Source of the DNA: Mobula hypostoma
Taxonomy: Eukaryota
Length of the DNA: 64,000 nucleotides
Direction of reading: 5' to 3'
Assembly: GCF_963921235.1 (NCBI RefSeq)
Contig: NC_086097.1
Location: 74,030,001-74,094,000, forward strand
The position numbers were made by a program, and so were the translations under genes. Below the pieces are notes generated by a model that did not search any database, was not told the DNA's origin, and was given only the letters and a program-made list of their open reading frames with translations. The first letter of the stretch is position 1. Each line of letters starts with the position of its first letter. Shown here one piece after another: positions 63,441 through 64,000 of the stretch.

Positions 63441-64000
63441 ACTGATTCCTGGGGCACCCCACTAGTCACAGGCCTCCAGTCAGAGAATCAACTTTCAACT
63501 ATGACTCTCTGCTTCCTATCATCGAGCCAATTCTAAATCCACCTCGCTAGCTCTCCTTGAATCTCATGCAAACTAATCTTCCAGATCAGCTTACTATTTG
63601 GGACCTTGTACACGGTCCTACTTTTATCAATCCACTGAGATATCTCTTCAGAAAACTCCAAAAGATTCATAAGACATGACCTCTCACACACAAAACCATG
63701 CTGACTATTCCTGATGAGGCCTTAATTATCCAAATGATGGTTGATCTTGTCCTTTAAAATTCCCAACAACTGAAATCTGACTCATCGCTCTGTAGACCTT
63801 GTAGACTCTGTAGTCCCTGGCTTGTCCTTGCTATCTTTCTTAAACAATGGAATAACATTCGCCACTCTCCAGTCTACTATAACTATCAGTGGCTAACAAT
63901 GAAGCAAATATCTCTACAAGGGTCTGGGCAATTTTTTTCCTGGCCTCCCAAAAGATTCAGGGGAGCACTGGGGATTTGCCCACCTTAATGCATTTCAAGG

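Noticed and set aside
1..64000. Prokaryotic-type systems (CRISPR, retron, DGR, operons) suggested by the many RT ORFs
   Set aside because: All RT fragments carry LINE or Gypsy motifs, and the host gene has spliceosomal introns.

Overview
This is eukaryotic, AT-rich and repeat-dense vertebrate DNA. The repeat mix (many CR1 and Rex1/Babar LINEs, V-type tRNA SINEs, Penelope remnants) suggests a cartilaginous fish such as a ray or skate; this is an inference. The only host gene I can support is DPH6 (diphthine-ammonia ligase) on the minus strand. Three phase-compatible GT-AG exons (19595-19656, 16303-16397, 8187-8280) splice to [85 protein letters not shown] saw no upstream exon in 19657-64000, so that stretch is probably one intron of over 44 kb. 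The introns hold CR1, Rex1/Babar, RTE and L1 LINEs, a Gypsy remnant, a Charlie/Buster hAT transposon with TIRs and an 8-bp TSD, a Tigger-like element, SINEs and Penelope remnants, often deeply nested. The most interesting signals are: (i) fold-back Penelope mini-elements with 11-15 bp TSDs, carrying or breaking at minimal hammerhead ribozymes; (ii) a ~690-bp non-coding retroposon family with an (ATCTA)n tail; (iii) an RTE insertion with a 5' inversion bridged by 40 bp matching a neighbouring CR1; (iv) a duplicated flank-plus-LTR block around the Gypsy remnant; (v) TE-free islands with PBX-HOX, MEIS or TCF motifs that may be MEIS2-type enhancers. I found no prokaryotic systems, CRISPR arrays, or rRNA or tRNA genes. 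TE boundaries without a stated TSD are approximate, and family names come from recognised motifs, not database searches.
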